Below are positions 58,991 through 64,000 of a stretch of 64,000 bases of DNA, one piece after another. Source of the stretch: the human T2T-CHM13v2.0 reference genome, Homo sapiens. The translations under genes were made by a program, and so were the position numbers. Below the pieces are notes generated by a model. That model did no database searches, was not told the DNA's origin, and saw only the letters and a list, made by a program, of their open reading frames with translations. The stretch lies in assembly GCF_009914755.1 (NCBI RefSeq), contig NC_060934.1; one strand, 5' to 3'. Positions within the stretch are counted from its first letter, which is position 1, and every line of letters starts with the position of its first letter.

Positions 58991-59756
58991 CCAGCTGCCT
59001 CTGAGCAGCCTTGGCCCGCAGACAGACGAGCTTTGGAGGAAATAGGAGGAATTTCTCCCTGCTATGGAGATTGTTTTAAGATCATGAATTGTTAGCGGAA
59101 CAAGTTGTCGTGGCAGCTTATGAAATCACCCTCTTCTGCGATTTTTATAAGTAAGAGGGGTTAGAATAGGCCCAGAGACAGAGGGAGAGATGAAATGACC
59201 TAATAAAACCCTTTCCAACCCTGGAACACTTCAGCCCCACATGAACAGAAAAGTCTATTTATTTTCAAAGCCCCATTTTAACTCCTGAAGTACTTAGGAG
59301 ACTTAAATATGTCTGAAGGCAAAACAAGTTCCCTCTTTTTCCTCTTTTCCTACCACTCCAACTCTTCATTGCAGATTTTCTTCCTGCAGGTCTGACAAAC
59401 ACCATTTTCCACCACAGCTGCTGTCAGTTCAAAAGTTTGGCTCTGGGGTCTGAAGACCAAAGTCTGTCCAAGGCTGATCACCTTCTGAGAAAGACTCTTA
59501 AATTCTGTGAAGAGTCTCCAGCAGAGGAGAAATTGGTTTAAAAAAGCAAGAAGAATCACCACAATGCATGCCCACTCCACATTACCAAGCCTGCACAACT
59601 CATGTTAGGGGATGTCTGCTGCTCCTCCAGCTTTCTCCCCTGGCAAATACAGTGGTGGTCCCTGAGTCCCCATTAGGGCCCAACAGCAGGACCAGTAGCA
59701 GCCCCTGTCAGAGAAACCACAGCCAGTTGGGGAGAGCGAACTCATACTATAGGCTT

Positions 59757-59770
59757 GTTTCCATGGCAAC
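59757..59770. promoter_or_regulatory. RFX X-box GTTTCCATGGCAAC
   Basis: Near-palindromic 14-mer (GTTTCC-AT-GGCAAC) of the high-affinity X-box type, in unique sequence. Confidence 0.5.
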
Positions 59771-60450
59771 AGATGCTCCCTCCTCCCTGCTTCTCGGCAC
59801 CAGGGAAGGACAAGGAAACCCATGAGAAGACAGTGGCAACTAGGGGGAGGAGGAATGGCAGCAAGTCCCCTTTCTTTGAAACCCAGGCAGCTGCTGCCCC
59901 ACATGTTGATGGTTACAGCTCTCAGTGACCTTGGACAAGTTATGCCCCAGCTCTGAACTTTGTTTTTATCATTTAAAAAAATAAATAAATAAAAAAGATC
60001 AAGAGATTGAGAGAGAGAGCAAGCGAGCTGGGCCAGAGATGATCCAATAAAGCTATTTCAGCTCTGATGTCCCAGAATCCAATGATTTGTCTAACCTGGC
60101 CAGTGATTGGGAATGGGTTCACCTCTTCTTGCAGCCCTCTGCAGGAGCATGACATTCCGCAAGGCTGGAGTGGATCTGCCTCTCAGGGACCTAAGCCTTA
60201 TCCATTCCCCCAGTCATGCTGCCTCCCTCACAATGGTCTGCTGTCATTTCTCTGAAATCATCTCAGGAGATCTATCCCATGCTTTCCTAAGGGTGCACGG
60301 GTTTCCTGGGGCTCACACAAGCCATCCAACATGACAGGTGAGCCAGAATGTCATGGCACCGCACCCAGCCACTTGCCTCCCACCTCACTGATGTTGTTGG
60401 ATTCAACCTGCAATTCAGATGCACACAGCCCACTAGGCGCTAGCCTGCTA

Positions 60451-61068
<618 letters not shown>

Positions 61069-62039
61069 TTAGGGGAGAAAACGGAGTACTCATTGTTGGA
61101 AGTACAAGCCACATGCCCAGTGCTAGCTTTTATGGGAGTAGCAGGGGACAGCTGAGGGCCAGGTTAGTCACTGAGCCCTCCACATGAGCCTGGTGGGGGT
61201 GTACTTGTTTCCATTGTATGCATGAAGAAGCAGCAACTCAGAACTACAGCATGATTTCACCTAGTAGGTCAGCTACCCCTTTTCTGGAGTATACAATCTT
61301 GCTGGGGGACAAAATAAACAATCATGGACAAATTACCACATGATTTAAAAATTGACACACGGCCACTCTCACAACCATCCTCAGAAATCCAGAAGTTCAG
61401 GGAGGAACAACAACAAATTGGACTTCTGAGGACTTCCTGTTGCCAGTGGACTTTAAGAAACGTTCAGCCTCTCCAGCGCAATTCACCCCTAACCTATCAG
61501 ACTCCGCGTTGGTCTGTGATGGCTCATCTCTGGCTCGGAAATGGTTAAACAGTTCATTTCTGTGCTTGAATCAGGAGCTTCCTTAAACGCTAGCATAAAG
61601 CTGGTCTACACATAAGAAATCTGATTAGCTCCCAGCATTGGGCAATCCCAATTATTATGCCCTGCAAGTTGCTCTGCAGGATTAGCGGTCTGCGGAAGAA
61701 AGGAATCAATATACAACAGTAATTAGGGCTCCTGATGCCGGTAAGAGGAGCACTTCTCTTCCCCTTAAGCCACTCACGACAGAGTCCATGAGGGGACAGG
61801 GCCTTCACAGCACTGCCAGTCTCTGTTTTCTAGCATATGTTCATTTTGACTTTGGTTTTTATTTACTGAAGGATGTGAAATTCTCTGCTACTGGGCCAAG
61901 ACTTTAGGGCTACATACGTCACCCAAGAACAGCGAACAGGATGTGTCATGCATGGGACCTTCCTTCCAAGGAAACTCAGGGAAAGCAGATGCTAGGATCC
62001 TGGCAACCCCAGGAAACCTAATCAGTGTCCCTGTAACCA

Positions 62040-62165
62040 AGAGCTCTTTGAGAACAGGGGCTGTGTCTTATTTACCTTATATCAATGTGGCCTAGCACAG
62101 TACCTGGCACATGGTAAGTAATGAACGGGATGGATGAGGAAGTGAATCAATGAGTAAGTGAATTA
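62040..62165 (+). mobile_element. L2 3' end
   Basis: 'ctctttgagaacaggggctgtgtcttatttacc...cctagcacagtacctggcacatggtaag'. Confidence 0.78.
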
Positions 62166-62305
62166 ATAACACATGGTTTTCAGTTTGTCAAAAACTTTAT
62201 CTGTGAGCCTGCTGTGCACAGAATTTTGTACCCTAATACTGTAGTAGCAATTTACATTGGACTCACAGGATTTGGGGGTTAAAGGGAATTTGAATATAAC
62301 CCAAT

Positions 62306-62592
62306 CTGGTATTTTTAAAATCACAGGTTGCAACCTATTAGTGGACCATGAGATCAGTTTCATGAGTCCTGACCGTCATTTTATAAATGAAATGAGAATG
62401 GAATGAAATGAAGTGGAGTGGAGTGGGATGGAATGAGATGGAACTAGCAGGAAATAATAGAATATTCCAGAATAGAAACTATCAAAGTACATCACATGTA
62501 GTAAAGGTGAGTACAGGAAAATTAGGCTTGTACTTGCAGGGCATGAGTGTGTGTCTATTGGGTGTACAGTGTCTTAAGGCCAAAAGCCACTG
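62306..62592 (+). mobile_element. hAT-type MITE copy 1 with an internal GGAAT/GGAGT-like expansion
   Basis: Ends 'aaagccactg'; homologous in reverse to 63226-63484. Confidence 0.65.
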
Positions 62593-63225
62593 ATGAATCT
62601 AACCATTCATCCAGTGATTTTCACTGCCCTCAGAGGCCACATCAGGGACAAATAATTTTCCTTTTTGATCCCCTCTTGTTACAGGAAATGAATTTCATCC
62701 AGAAGCAGCCTGTTTCACTTACAGACTGTCTGGCTGCAGGAATTAGGGCAAATCAGAGATGTTATAGAAAGAAAAAGAAAATGTTTCCTAGATCAAAACA
62801 CCCATCTAAGTGCTGGGGCCATAGAGATGAGATCGATTCCATTTTCCACATGACAAACATTCAAAGATTTTAGAATGTCAATTGCGCCCCTGCTGAATGG
62901 CTTGGAGAAGAGCAGGAATAGTTCTAGTTATCCTAACAATTGCTCCTAAGATGTTGCTTTGTACCTGCTCGTTATCCATCTTGATTGTGTTTATGTAAGT
63001 TCCAGCCCATTCATGACCCCTGGTGTGTGGCATGAAGACCATCACATTTGAGTCTGGTCTGAAGCTTGTCTGGGTGATGGCTGAGGTGAACCCATGTTAG
63101 CTCCTGGTGCTCACCAACTCTCTTCCTAAAAGCTCTCACATTATCTGTTCAAAAGCCTGCATCCACCTAGCAGGGTAATTTCATCATCCCTGCCCTCTCG
63201 TCTGTGAATAAACAGCTTGAACTAA

Positions 63226-63309
63226 TAGTATTTTTCAAATGTTTTTGACCACAACCCTCAGGAAGAAATGTACTTTACAACATGGTTCAGAAGACACCAC
63301 CACACCCCC

Positions 63310-63344
<35 letters not shown>

Positions 63345-63484
63345 AGCAATGTTTACCTTTACTATATATAATGGGATGTACTATGATGTTTTATTCTATT
63401 CTGCTTCATTTCTTATGATGTTGGTGATGACCCATTAAATAGATTTCACAAGCTACTGATGGACCATGACCCACAGTGACACTG
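63226..63484 (-). mobile_element. hAT-type MITE copy 2 with internal (AC)16
   Basis: Its reverse complement shares 'atca(a/t)agtacatc(a/c)cat...tagtaaaggt' with copy 1. Confidence 0.65.
63311..63342. repeat. (AC)16 microsatellite
   Basis: Uninterrupted AC run read directly. Confidence 0.96.
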
Positions 63485-64000
63485 AACTAGATAGTACCTA
63501 ATAATCTGAAAAGGCAGGGAAGGGCATCTGGGAAGAATTTCACACCAAGCCCATTTCTTTTCATTATGTTTATTTAGCCATGTGCCTACGTTTGGTTGTG
63601 TGTAAAGGAAGATAATGGCTTAGTGAGCTGCAGCCAGGCTGTTTTGGGGACTCACAAAGGAATGGTCACAGTTTCCTGCCTGTCTCTTATTGCCCCCCAG
63701 GCAAGCTCATTGAGAAAAGACAGTGTGAGTCTCGTACAGAGCATGCTGATAACTATTACAGATACGTGATTATTCTCGGTTCTGTTGATGATAACAACAT
63801 AGCTGCCATCTTGTGTTTGTTTCCTCTTAGGATTAGAAAGCAAAAGCAATCTGAAGATTGAAAGTCAGAAGCAAAGTTAGAATGGTGATTTTTTTCCCCC
63901 AACCCAACTTGGAAGAATTTGTCTTTGGAGAACCAACCTAATCAAATAAAGTAGCATCAATTTACTGGAGACATAATCCAACTTGCATAATTGTCCTGGC

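Noticed and set aside
62385-62445. HSAT2/3 GGAAT satellite
   Set aside because: Only ~60 bp, degenerate, and embedded in a MITE.

Overview
This is primate genomic DNA, very likely human, because it holds a near-consensus AluYb-lineage element. The window is non-coding. I recognise no protein-coding exon, tRNA, rRNA, CpG island or CRISPR array, and the supplied ORFs read as Alu/LTR/L2-derived or chance frames. It is a mosaic of repeats: 17 Alus plus one FLAM monomer; at least six LTRs (two THE1, MST, MLT1D-like, an ERV1 LTR27/28-like element and a degraded ERVL-type LTR), five of them with visible target-site duplications (TSDs); old L1M 3' ends; many L2 and MIR relics; and hAT/Tigger MITEs. 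Repeat-poor blocks in between carry enhancer-type motifs (NF-kB, RFX X-box, NRF2 ARE, homeodomain sites). Most LTR/L1 copies point on the + strand and the best splice-signal pairs lie on the - strand. That fits an intron of a large minus-strand transcription unit, which I could not name. I found no convincing new biological system. The best leads are a young AluYb7/8, a FLAM with an apparently co-mobilised unique 3' segment, a candidate 28/39-nt minus-strand microexon, a 14-bp inverted repeat around a 31-bp tandem duplication, a tail-less AluY inside MER47A, and a kB-site cluster beside candidate non-coding exons. Subfamily names come from my recollection of consensus sequences, and boundaries of old repeats are approximate.
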